Shown piece after piece: positions 44,952-52,519 of a stretch of DNA of 64,000 nucleotides. The stretch is from Bacillota bacterium (GTDB lineage: Bacteria; Bacillota; Clostridia; Peptostreptococcales; Anaerovoracaceae): the NCBI GenBank assembly GCA_017443515.1, contig JAFRXM010000024.1:12031-76030 (forward strand). Direction: 5' to 3'. Numbering within the stretch: position 1 is the first letter of the stretch; every line of letters starts with the position of its first letter. The position numbers were made by a program, and so were the translations under genes. Under the pieces are notes generated by a model, which made no database searches, was not told the origin of the DNA, and saw only the letters and a program-made list of their open reading frames with translations.

Positions 44952-45527
44952 TCAGTACGCCTCCAGTGCCATGCTTATGCAGTCGTGCAGACCTTTTGTG
45001 AGGTCTGTTTCTCCTCCGGTTATGCACCAGTTGTAGCAGCAGCCGCGGGCGATGGTGAAGAGGTAGTCCACTATCTCCTCTGCCGTGTGCTCCGTCGCCA
45101 GCTCTTTTGCGGCGAGGCCGTCTGCGGTTATGTCAGCAAGAAGCTTGTGCATGGGACGCTTTTTGATGAACCAGGAGTTTTCCGGATTATAAAGCACCCG
45201 CACAAGATCTATGCCGGTATCTATGTTTAATTTAGCGTAATATTTGAAGAAATCCAGGATGCGCTCCTTTGCGTCGGAGCCTGTGATGCGAGCGGCGACG
45301 GTTTCGGAGAAATAGTCGTCTGCGGTTTTGTATATGTCGAAGAAAAGATCTGTCTTGGAGGGGAAATAGCTATAGAACGTTCCGACGGATATATCTGCCT
45401 GTGCACATATATCGCGGACTGTGGTGCTCTGGTAGCCTTTTCGCTTCATAAGATCGAGCGATGTGACCAGGAGCTTTTCTCTGGTTTTCTGAGCGCGCTT
45501 GCTTAATAATGCTTCGTTCATCTGCAC
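44952..45527 (-). CDS. TetR/AcrR-family regulator
   Basis: HTH: TTVRDICAQADISVGTFYSYFPSKTDLF. It is the first gene of the co-directional cluster. Confidence 0.8.
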   Translation of the reverse strand: MQMNEALLSKRAQKTREKLLVTSLDLMKRKGYQSTTVRDICAQADISVGTFYSYFPSKTDLFFDIYKTADDYFSETVAARITGSDAKERILDFFKYYAKLNIDTGIDLVRVLYNPENSWFIKKRPMHKLLADITADGLAAKELATEHTAEEIVDYLFTIARGCCYNWCITGGETDLTKGLHDCISMALEAY

Positions 45528-45693
45528 GTTTTCCTCTGCCTTTTGACACTAAAAGTATAACATGTTCAGTTTTTAAAGAAAAGGACTTTTTTTAAGTTTT
45601 TGCACAAAAATCACAATAAATACACCCGATTTTTTGGCAAAAAAATAACGTGGTATTTCACCGCGCTAAACGCCCCCACATCTAGTGTGAACA

Positions 45694-45718
45694 GTGGAGA
45701 GGGACGGTTCTTCTCCAC
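45694..45718 (+). repeat. loop-conserved hairpin repeat, GTGGAGA-stem class (copy F)
   Basis: GTGGAGA-GGGACGGTTCT-TCTCCAC. Confidence 0.9.
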
Positions 45719-45732
45719 CGTTCTGTCAACGA

Positions 45733-46096
45733 TTATACTCGTGCTTTATAGTAATTCTCTGCATATGACATGAATGCGCGCATCGCATCAGTAGGATTGG
45801 AATCCTCCTTTTGAATAAAGTATAGCCTTGAAAAACGTTTTGGCTTAACAGGCCTGAATGCAAGGTTGTTTTTGCTTAGCACCTCCGCGGAAGTCATCCA
45901 GTAACACGCCTCTTGGCATAATAACAGGCAGGGAGCTGCACTGCTCTTCCAACAATTCTGAATACTCCGCAAGCACGTCGTCATTTTTCATCAGAAGTCC
46001 CACCCTTTTAAGGTTATTAGTCTTCACAAAAGCGTTGTTTTTCGGGTCAGAACCATAGTAGTTACATGCTATATCCGCTACTTTCCGTTTTGTCAA
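45733..46096 (-). pseudogene. LysR-family regulator remnant (C-terminal effector-domain part, frameshifted, N-terminus deleted)
   Basis: Two overlapping reading frames (45845-46096 and 45733-45984). The C-terminal ...FRPVKPKRFSRLYFIQKEDSNPTDAMRAFMSYAENY is a LysR-like tail. There is no HTH, and the 5' side abuts the IS remnant. Confidence 0.5.
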
Positions 46097-46099
46097 AGA

Positions 46100-46286
46100 A
46101 TCTATATAGCTTTGAGGAACTCAAAGATGCAATAGATAAATATATACGTTATTACAACGAGAAACGCGGCAAGGCATCTCTTGGGTACATGAGTCCAATT
46201 GAATACCGAAAAAAGATGCTTGCTGCATAGAATAACTCCGGCGATTTCTCGCCGGAGCAAAAGTCTAACTTTTGGGGGTCACCTCA
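46100..46286 (+). mobile_element. IS3-family (IS150-group) remnant: last ~44 codons of the transposase plus the right inverted repeat
   Basis: The plus frame reads ...YSFEELKDAIDKYIRYYNEKRGKASLGYMSPIEYRKKMLAA*, with the stop at 46228-46230. The end sequence read in reverse is TGAGGTGACCCCCAAAAGTTAGAC, like the IS150 IR TGTACTGACCCCAAAAAGTTGGAC as I recall it. The left boundary is approximate. Confidence 0.65.
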
Positions 46287-46317
46287 GAGATATAGTCTCC
46301 GACCGCATTTTTATTAC

Positions 46318-46343
46318 ATGACAGAGAACCGTCCCCTTGTCAC
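46318..46343 (-). repeat. loop-conserved hairpin repeat, GTGACA-stem class (copy G)
   Basis: ATGACA-GAGAACCGTCCCCT-TGTCAC. It lies 1 nt from the aminopeptidase stop codon. Confidence 0.85.
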
Positions 46344-46344
46344 A

Positions 46345-47568
46345 TCAGAATGCCCAGTTGCCGTTCTTAAAGATCTGGATTTTTTTGCCGTCGCGGGTGT
46401 TTGCGACTATGTCGAGGTCTTCTGAACCGATCATGAAGTCCACATGCATGAAGGACTTGTTGACGCCCTTGTCATAGGCTTCCTGAAGGGTCATGTTTTC
46501 GAAACCGTCCAGGGTGTCCGCGAAGCCGAAGCCCAGCGCCAGGTGGCAGGCTGCGTTCTCGTCGAACAGGGTGTTGTAGAACAGGAGGCCGCTGTTCTGG
46601 ATCGGAGAATCGTAAGGCACCAGAGCGACTTCGCCCAGCATGCAGGAACCTTCGTCCATGTTGATGATCTCGGTAAGAACGTCCTTGCCCTTTTCAGCGT
46701 CCCATTCCACGGCCTTGCCGTCCCTGAAGCGGACCCAGAAGTTCTCGATAAGCTGGCCGTTGTTGGAGAGCGGCTTGGTGGCGTATACTATGCCTTCGGC
46801 CCTGCCCTTCATCGGGGAGATGAAGCACTCCTCGGAAGGCATGTTGGGGTTGAAAGTGTAGCCAAGAAGGCTGGTGTCGGCGCCGCCGTTGAAGTGCGCG
46901 CCGTCTATCATCCAGACCTTGAAATCTGTGCCGTTCTTGGACTTGTACTCAAGGCTGTCGATGCCAAGCGAGTTGAGATACTTGCAGCGAGCCTTGAGGT
47001 CCTTGTTGTGAGCGTCCCATGCCGCCAGCGGGTCTTCGGTGACGCGTGCGCAGGAGAGTATTGCCTCCCAGAGCTTTTCCACGGCCTGCTTTTTGGAAAG
47101 CTCGGGGAAGAGCTTCTTTGCCCACTTCTCGCCGGGAACAGCGGCTATGCACCACTGGTACTTGTTTTCTATCTGATCCCTGTACTTGCGGATCTCCGGC
47201 ATCTTCTTCTGCATGGCCTTGGCGAACTTTTTCTGATCGATGCCCTTAAGGCCGTCCGGATCTTCGGATTCCAGGTATATGCGGCAGGGAATTGTATTTA
47301 CGTAATGCTGCCATCTGGCGGCTTCGAAATCCTGCAGAGTGCCGAGGGTCTTGAGGCTCCTGTAGCGGGTGTGGATCTTTGCCAGAGGCTGGTAAGTGAA
47401 GTCTACGAATACGGATTTTGCTCCGAGCTTGTAGCACTCTTCTACGAGCATCTTTACGAATTCAGGCTGGTCGAGCTCCGCCTGGATGAATACTTCCTGG
47501 CCCTTCTGGACATTTACGCCCTTGGCTGCGATGAGGTTCGCGTACTTTCTTAATACTGTCTTTTTCAT
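46345..47568 (-). CDS. M29-family aminopeptidase (AmpS/PepS-like)
   Basis: 407 aa: LRKYANLIAAKGVNVQKGQEV...FYNTLFDENAACHLALG...HVDFMIG. Confidence 0.75.
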   Translation of the reverse strand: MKKTVLRKYANLIAAKGVNVQKGQEVFIQAELDQPEFVKMLVEECYKLGAKSVFVDFTYQPLAKIHTRYRSLKTLGTLQDFEAARWQHYVNTIPCRIYLESEDPDGLKGIDQKKFAKAMQKKMPEIRKYRDQIENKYQWCIAAVPGEKWAKKLFPELSKKQAVEKLWEAILSCARVTEDPLAAWDAHNKDLKARCKYLNSLGIDSLEYKSKNGTDFKVWMIDGAHFNGGADTSLLGYTFNPNMPSEECFISPMKGRAEGIVYATKPLSNNGQLIENFWVRFRDGKAVEWDAEKGKDVLTEIINMDEGSCMLGEVALVPYDSPIQNSGLLFYNTLFDENAACHLALGFGFADTLDGFENMTLQEAYDKGVNKSFMHVDFMIGSEDLDIVANTRDGKKIQIFKNGNWAF

Positions 47569-47589
47569 GGTGTTCCTTTCTATGTCTGG

Positions 47590-48456
47590 TTATATTCCGG
47601 AGCCGTAATCGCCCCAGAGCTCCATTGCCTTTGCTGTTTCCGTGGAATAGAATATCCTGCTGTTTTCCGGTACGGATTCTATGATCCAGGTGTTGGCGCC
47701 TATGATGCTGTTGTCGCCTATATATGTGCTGCCGCCTAGTATGGTGGCGTTGGCGTAGATGACTACGTTGTTTCCTATGTTGGGGTGGCGCTTGATGTCC
47801 TTTACCGGGTTGCCGTCCTTGTCGAGCTCGAAGAACTTGGCGCCTAAAGTTACGCCCTGGTAGAGCTTGACATGGCTTCCGATGACGGTGGTCTCGCCTA
47901 TTACTATACCTGTGGCGTGGTCTATGAAGAAGTGGTCCCCTATCTGCGCGCCAGCGTGGATATCGACGCCTGTGCGCTCGTGGGCGAACTCCGTCATCAT
48001 GCGGGGCACCAGAGGCACCTTAAGCATGTAGAGCACATGAGCCATGCGGTAGACCGCCGTAGCCATAAAGCCCGGGTAGCAGATGATGACCTCGTCCCTG
48101 TACTTTGCGGCAGGGTCGCCCTCGTAGAGGGCTTCGATGTCGGTAAGAAGCAGTTTTTTGACCTCGGGCAGAGCTTCCACGAAGGCTTTGGCGGCCTCGC
48201 GCGAGGAGCAGCCCATGTCGACCTCGGAGAAGCGGCAGGCCATGCCTATCTGCCTGGACAGGCGCGCCTCTATGAGCTCTATGGATGCGTCCTTTTCAGG
48301 GGTGAAGTAATTCGGGAACATGGCCGAGAGCGTGTCCAGGACTATAGCGCGCACCTCCAGCCTGCTGGGGATCGGATCGCCGCAGGATGTGGCTATGAGC
48401 TTTGAATCCAGGCCTATGCGGTCCAGTTCGTTTTGGATCTTTTCGGTGTAAGTCAT
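47590..48456 (-). CDS. cysE: serine O-acetyltransferase
   Basis: Hexapeptide-repeat core: GVDIHAGAQIGDHFFIDHATGIVIGETTVIGSHVKLYQGVTLG...HPNIGNNVVIYANATILGG. Confidence 0.8.
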   Translation of the reverse strand: MTYTEKIQNELDRIGLDSKLIATSCGDPIPSRLEVRAIVLDTLSAMFPNYFTPEKDASIELIEARLSRQIGMACRFSEVDMGCSSREAAKAFVEALPEVKKLLLTDIEALYEGDPAAKYRDEVIICYPGFMATAVYRMAHVLYMLKVPLVPRMMTEFAHERTGVDIHAGAQIGDHFFIDHATGIVIGETTVIGSHVKLYQGVTLGAKFFELDKDGNPVKDIKRHPNIGNNVVIYANATILGGSTYIGDNSIIGANTWIIESVPENSRIFYSTETAKAMELWGDYGSGI

Positions 48457-48974
48457 TTCAGTTTCCTCAGAACAAGAGTGCAGACTATCCCGTTGAATAT
48501 GCCTGTTGCTATGCCGGCGACAAAGAGCACCGGAAGGTACAGGAACACGTCCGATGTGGACGCGACGAGCGCCGCTACGATAAGCTGCGCAAGGTTGTGG
48601 AAAGCCCCGCCGGCCATAGAGACCGCGGTGAGGCTGAACAGCCCGGTCTTTTTCAGGAGAACCATTACGCCGAGGCTCACAAGGCCGCCGGCCAGTGCGT
48701 AAAGCCCGGAAAACAGACTTCCGAACAACAGCGCCGCAAGGGCTATCCTGATAAGGTTTATAAGCAGCGCGTACTGCGGGCCGAGGTAGTACAGAGCCAG
48801 CACCACGACTATGTTGGCAAGGCCAAGCTTGATGCCCGGAAGGCCAACGTTGAGCGGCAGCAGGAACTCTATGTACGACACTATCAGCGCCAGCGCCGCA
48901 AGAAGCGCGCAGGTGGTCGTGACAAGGGGACGGTTCTCTGTCACCCTTTTGCGGGCGGATCTTTCGCTTCCCAT
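48453..48974 (-). CDS. Gx transporter-family membrane protein
   Basis: LALIVSYIEFLLPLNVGLPGIKLGLANIVVVLALYY... The start is uncertain, because codons 10-18 are repeat copy H and an in-frame GTG lies at its 5' end. Confidence 0.55.
   Translation of the reverse strand: MGSERSARKRVTENRPLVTTTCALLAALALIVSYIEFLLPLNVGLPGIKLGLANIVVVLALYYLGPQYALLINLIRIALAALLFGSLFSGLYALAGGLVSLGVMVLLKKTGLFSLTAVSMAGGAFHNLAQLIVAALVASTSDVFLYLPVLFVAGIATGIFNGIVCTLVLRKLK
48920..48945 (+). repeat. loop-conserved hairpin repeat, GTGACA-stem class (copy H), inside an ORF
   Basis: GTGACA-AGGGGACGGTTCTC-TGTCAC. In the host frame it is translated as VTENRPLVT. Confidence 0.9.
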
Positions 48975-48986
48975 AAGGCCCGCCTC

Positions 48987-49364
48987 CTAGTGTATCACCG
49001 CGTCGGGGGCATCATCCCCGCCGCTTACGGTGACCGACATATGGTGCGGAAGGCATATTATTACCTGACCGCTTTTGTTTATCGGGGCAAAACGCGTGCA
49101 GTCTTTTCCGCTGCAGTCCGCGTCCTCAACCCTTATGCTTCCGTTTTCCACGACCAGCGTGTTGCTGCCGTATTTTGTGCTTACAGTGCTCTGCCAGCGC
49201 TCCTGCGTAAGCGGGATGCTGTCTGTGACCTCCCCATCGACCCGCACTATGGCTGTGTTTCCGGGCCGGGAATTGCCACGCAAAAGGATCATGCACGCCG
49301 CGCCTATCACAAGCAGCACCGCCAGCAACACAACGTCTGCTTTTTTAAAGAACGGAAGCTTCAT
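48987..49364 (-). CDS. NusG domain II-containing (DUF1312-like) small membrane-anchored protein
   Basis: 125 aa with an N-terminal TM. It has the typical position between the SCIFF maturase and the Gx transporter. The family is assigned from memory. Confidence 0.5.
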   Translation of the reverse strand: MKLPFFKKADVVLLAVLLVIGAACMILLRGNSRPGNTAIVRVDGEVTDSIPLTQERWQSTVSTKYGSNTLVVENGSIRVEDADCSGKDCTRFAPINKSGQVIICLPHHMSVTVSGGDDAPDAVIH

Positions 49365-49373
49365 AATGAATTA

Positions 49374-50753
49374 TTATACTTCTGAAGCGCCTGCAACTGC
49401 AAGCATTATGGCGCATTCCATGCGTTTTTTGAACAGTTCGCAGCCCTGCTCGTAGATGCCGGTAATAGAGCCGGACGCGTGCAGGCAGTTAGCCGCGCAG
49501 CCGCCGGAGCAGTAAAGTTTGGCCCAGCAGTCAGCGCACTGCGGCTTTGCGTAGACGTTGCACTTCATGAATTCTTCCTGGACGGCGGTGTTGGTGACGC
49601 CGTGCCATATATCGCCCAGCTTCCAGGCTTCGTCGCCCACGAACTGGTGGCAGGGGTACAGATCGCCCCAGGGGGTGACCGCCATGTACTCTGTGCCCGA
49701 GCCGCAGCCGCTGATCCTCTTGTAGATGCAGGGGCCGCCGGCAAGGTCTATCATATAGTGGTAGAACGTAAAGGGCCTCCCCTCTTTGCGGCGCTGCAGC
49801 ATCAGAAGCGCGAGCTTTTCGTACTGGTCCTTTACTATCTCTATATCCTCGTCCGTTAAGGCGTAGGGATCGCCCGGCGGGCAGACTACGGGTTCCATGG
49901 AAAGCTCCGTAAAGCCCAGGCGCAGCATCTCTTTTATATCCTCGACGAAATCAGGGTTGTTGTGGGTGAAGGTGCCGCGCATGTAGTAGCTTTTTCCGCC
50001 GCGCTTTTCCACAAAGCGCTGGAATTTTGGAACGATCTTCTCCCAGCTGCCTTTGCCTGCGTAATCCACGCGGAAGCGGTCGTGCACTTCTTTGCGGCCG
50101 TCCAGGCTTAAAACAACGTTGTGGCACTCGCGGTTTGCGAAATCTATCACATCGTCGTCCACCAGCACGCCGTTTGTCGTGAGGGTGAAGCGGAAGTTCT
50201 TTCCGGCCTCTTTTTCTATGCCGCGGGCGTAAGCCACGAGCTGTTTTACGACACCGAAGTTCATCAGAGGCTCGCCTCCGAAGAAGTCCACTTCAAGGTT
50301 GCGGCGGCTGCCGGAGTTCTCCACGAGGAAATCCAGCGCGCGCTTTCCGACCTCGAAGCTCATGACCGCCCTTTCGCCGTGGAACTTGCCCTGGCTTGCG
50401 AAACAGTACTCGCAGTTTAGATTGCAGGTGTGGGCCACGTGCAGGCAGAGGGCCTTAACTATCCCCTTGCTGCGCTCCTTAAATGTTCCGGCCAGAGGCG
50501 CGAAATCCTCCGGGGTGAAAAGCTCGCCCGCGGCCTTAAGTTCCTGCACCTCGGCGCAGACCTTTGCGATCTCTTCAGCAGTAACGTCCGGGTCTGACGC
50601 GTACTTTTCCAAAAGCTCTGCCTGGATCTGCTCCGGACTTTGCGCCTCAAAACGCTCTATTACGTCGTACGCCAGATCGTCCACCGCGTGCACCGCGCCG
50701 GAAGCCACATCCAAAACTATGTTGTAACCATTGAGTCTATATTGATGGATCAT
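49374..50753 (-). CDS. scfB: radical SAM/SPASM thioether-forming SCIFF peptide maturase
   Basis: HVAHTCNLNCEYCFA is a CxxxCxxC motif. FFGGEPLMN is present, as is a Cys-rich SPASM C-terminus (CGSG...CHQF...CADCWAKLYCSGGCAANC). It lies downstream of a SCIFF precursor. Confidence 0.85.
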   Translation of the reverse strand: MIHQYRLNGYNIVLDVASGAVHAVDDLAYDVIERFEAQSPEQIQAELLEKYASDPDVTAEEIAKVCAEVQELKAAGELFTPEDFAPLAGTFKERSKGIVKALCLHVAHTCNLNCEYCFASQGKFHGERAVMSFEVGKRALDFLVENSGSRRNLEVDFFGGEPLMNFGVVKQLVAYARGIEKEAGKNFRFTLTTNGVLVDDDVIDFANRECHNVVLSLDGRKEVHDRFRVDYAGKGSWEKIVPKFQRFVEKRGGKSYYMRGTFTHNNPDFVEDIKEMLRLGFTELSMEPVVCPPGDPYALTDEDIEIVKDQYEKLALLMLQRRKEGRPFTFYHYMIDLAGGPCIYKRISGCGSGTEYMAVTPWGDLYPCHQFVGDEAWKLGDIWHGVTNTAVQEEFMKCNVYAKPQCADCWAKLYCSGGCAANCLHASGSITGIYEQGCELFKKRMECAIMLAVAGASEV

Positions 50754-50765
50754 GTTTCTGAGGTT

Positions 50766-50792
50766 GGTGGAGAGGGACGGTTCTCCTCCACC
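50766..50792 (+). repeat. loop-conserved hairpin repeat, GGTGGAG-stem class (copy I)
   Basis: GGTGGAG-AGGGACGGTTCTC-CTCCACC. It is identical to copy M. Confidence 0.9.
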
Positions 50793-50906
50793 GTTATAGC
50801 TGCGGTTGACGCCAGGAGGGGCACCCGCGCCCTGAGCATTTTCCGCGAAGGGATGCGGGGAGATGTCCTGGAGGCAGGACCCGCTGCAATATCAATTCAT
50901 TGTTTT

Positions 50907-50933
50907 GGTGGAGGAGAACCGTCCCTCTCCACC
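50907..50933 (-). repeat. loop-conserved hairpin repeat, GGTGGAG-stem class (copy J)
   Basis: GGTGGAG-GAGAACCGTCCCT-CTCCACC. It is the exact reverse complement of copy I, 114 bp away, and identical to copy N. Confidence 0.9.
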
Positions 50934-50935
50934 AC

Positions 50936-50968
50936 CATGAAAAATGCCGCCCTGAAATAAGGCGGCAT
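50936..50968 (-). terminator. intrinsic terminator/attenuator after scfA
   Basis: On the minus strand, ATGCCGCC-TTATTTCAG-GGCGGCAT is followed by TTTTTC. Confidence 0.7.
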
Positions 50969-50988
50969 CTCCTGTGCTTGATTTAGAG

Positions 50989-51144
50989 TTACTTGCTCTC
51001 TTTGTTCTCGCAGCTCTGATTTGCAATGCCGCAGCTGGTCTTGCAGGCGGACTGGCAGGAAGTCTGGCATTCGCCGCATCCGCCGTCCTTTGCGCTGCTG
51101 CAGAGGTTTCTGGTGCTGAGAGTCTGAATGTGCTTTCTTTCCAT
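50989..51144 (-). CDS. scfA: SCIFF (six-cysteines-in-forty-five) ribosomal peptide precursor
   Basis: Not in the ORF track (51 aa). After a GGAGGATAAAAA RBS and spacer, the ATG opens MERKHIQTLSTRNLCSSAKDGGCGECQTSCQSACKTSCGIANQSCENKESK. This includes the hallmark GGCGECQTSCQSACKTSC. Confidence 0.9.
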   Translation of the reverse strand: MERKHIQTLSTRNLCSSAKDGGCGECQTSCQSACKTSCGIANQSCENKESK

Positions 51145-51196
51145 TTTTTATCCTCCGAACTTGCTATACAAAGTATCAAACGTTCTGTGACAATGA

Positions 51197-51225
51197 ATTA
51201 TATCATACATCGCAGGTCCTTGCAA
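51197..51225 (-). promoter_or_regulatory. scfA promoter
   Basis: On the minus strand: TTGCAA (51225-51220), a 17-nt spacer, then TATAAT (51202-51197). Confidence 0.5.
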
Positions 51226-51269
51226 TTTTATTTTTCATTCAACTGTGTACCATTTTGTTATTTAGAACA

Positions 51270-51320
51270 TGGTATAATACTATCAGTGAAATGCGCGGAT
51301 CGGCCGCGTGTTTTTATTTA
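51270..51320 (+). promoter_or_regulatory. extended -10 promoter immediately followed by a short intrinsic terminator
   Basis: TGGTATAAT (51270-51278). Then the stem CGCGG-ATCGG-CCGCG (51294-51308) and TGTTTTTATTT. Confidence 0.35.
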
Positions 51321-51360
51321 CTTTTACTCAAAATGTGGTATAAAGAAAGGAGGAAGTACG

Positions 51361-51594
51361 ATGAAAAGAGGTCTGTTTATGGAATATCTTGTGACCCTTA
51401 CATGGGATCCCGAAGCTGCAGTATGGATCGCGACAAGCGCTGACATCCCCGGACTGGTACTCGAGGATTCATCTTTTGATGCCCTCATCGAAAAGGTTCA
51501 GGCAGCTGTACCGGAACTGATAGAGCTCAACAGCCTTCCGCAAGGCAAGACCATACGCTACAGCCCGAAACAGTTTCAGCGTGCGTGCCCCTGA
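51361..51594 (+). CDS. hicB: HicB-type (DUF1902-like) antitoxin
   Basis: A GGAGG RBS is present. MKRGLFMEYLVTLTWDPEAAVWIATSADIPGLVLEDSSFDALIEKVQAAVPELIELN. The stop overlaps the hicA ATG (TGATG). Confidence 0.65.
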   Translation: MKRGLFMEYLVTLTWDPEAAVWIATSADIPGLVLEDSSFDALIEKVQAAVPELIELNSLPQGKTIRYSPKQFQRACP

Positions 51595-51788
51595 TGGCGG
51601 AATACGAAAACAGAGTCCGCGAGACACTCAGCAGCTACGGCTGCTTTTTTATTAGGCACGGTAGAGGTGACCATGACATCTGGTACAGTCCGATCTCTGA
51701 AAGAAATGTTACAGTTCCTGCGAAGATCAAGTCCAGGCACACCGCGAATGCTGTACTGAAGCAATGCGGGATAAAGGAAAAGTATTGA
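51594..51788 (+). CDS. hicA: HicA-family mRNA interferase toxin
   Basis: FFIRHGRGDHDIWYSPISERNVTVPAKIKSRHTANAVLKQCGI matches the HicA/YcfA pattern (G.H..W......VP......AN.ILKQAG). Confidence 0.7.
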   Translation: MAEYENRVRETLSSYGCFFIRHGRGDHDIWYSPISERNVTVPAKIKSRHTANAVLKQCGIKEKY

Positions 51789-51850
51789 GAAACACGCCCT
51801 GAAGATTTATCATGAAATTAGTAATAGTATACAATCGTTATTGGGGGCAC

Positions 51851-52519
51851 ATGAAGCTTTCATCTTTCCTGCACTTTGCAGGCTTTGGCATAAAGACCAT
51901 ACTGTTTAAGAAGAAGGATCCACTCCTGGGGACGGTAATCGTCACCGACAGGTGCAATCTGCACTGCAAACACTGTTCCGTCAACAACATCACCGCTGTC
52001 ATGCATCCGTACAAACAGCTGCGCAGCGAGATGCAGCAGCTCTACGATATGGGAGTCAGGATCCTGTTTTTCTGCGGCGGCGAAACTTTTCTCTGGCAGG
52101 ACGGTGAGCTTACGATAAAAGACCTGGTCGCAGAAGCTAAACGAATGGGCTTCCTGATCGTAAACGTGGTTACGAACGGCACCTTCCCGATCGACCTTCC
52201 GGAGGCGGATCTGATACTCCTGAGCCTGGACGGAGACCGGCAGCGACACAACGAGATCCGCGGCGACACCTACGACACCATCATGGAGAATATCCGCAAC
52301 GCCACAGCGGACAACATCTGCCTCTACATGGCGGTCAACCAGATCAATAAGGACTGCATACAGCACGTGTGCCGGACAGCCCGCGACACAAAGAATATCC
52401 GTGCGGTGTCCTTCAATTTCCACACGCCTTATCCGGACACCCGCAAGCTTGCGCTCAGCCGGGACGAAAAGGCTGCCTGCTGCGCTGAGATCACCCGGAT
52501 GATGAATGTACGGTCTTGA
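51851..52519 (+). CDS. radical SAM protein, probably C-terminally truncated
   Basis: TDRCNLHCKHCSV is a CxxxCxxC motif. Also FFCGGETFL and LLSLDGDRQRHNEIRG. At 222 aa it is shorter than relatives with this layout, as I recall them. Confidence 0.6.
   Translation: MKLSSFLHFAGFGIKTILFKKKDPLLGTVIVTDRCNLHCKHCSVNNITAVMHPYKQLRSEMQQLYDMGVRILFFCGGETFLWQDGELTIKDLVAEAKRMGFLIVNVVTNGTFPIDLPEADLILLSLDGDRQRHNEIRGDTYDTIMENIRNATADNICLYMAVNQINKDCIQHVCRTARDTKNIRAVSFNFHTPYPDTRKLALSRDEKAACCAEITRMMNVRS

Noticed and set aside
13701-46096. The LysR HTH-only ORF (13701-13973) and the LysR C-terminal remnant (45733-46096) could be two halves of one gene split by a rearrangement.
   Set aside because: Together they would still lack about 90 residues of the effector domain. 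They are 32 kb apart with no IS boundary next to the HTH ORF. Nothing in the sequence links them.
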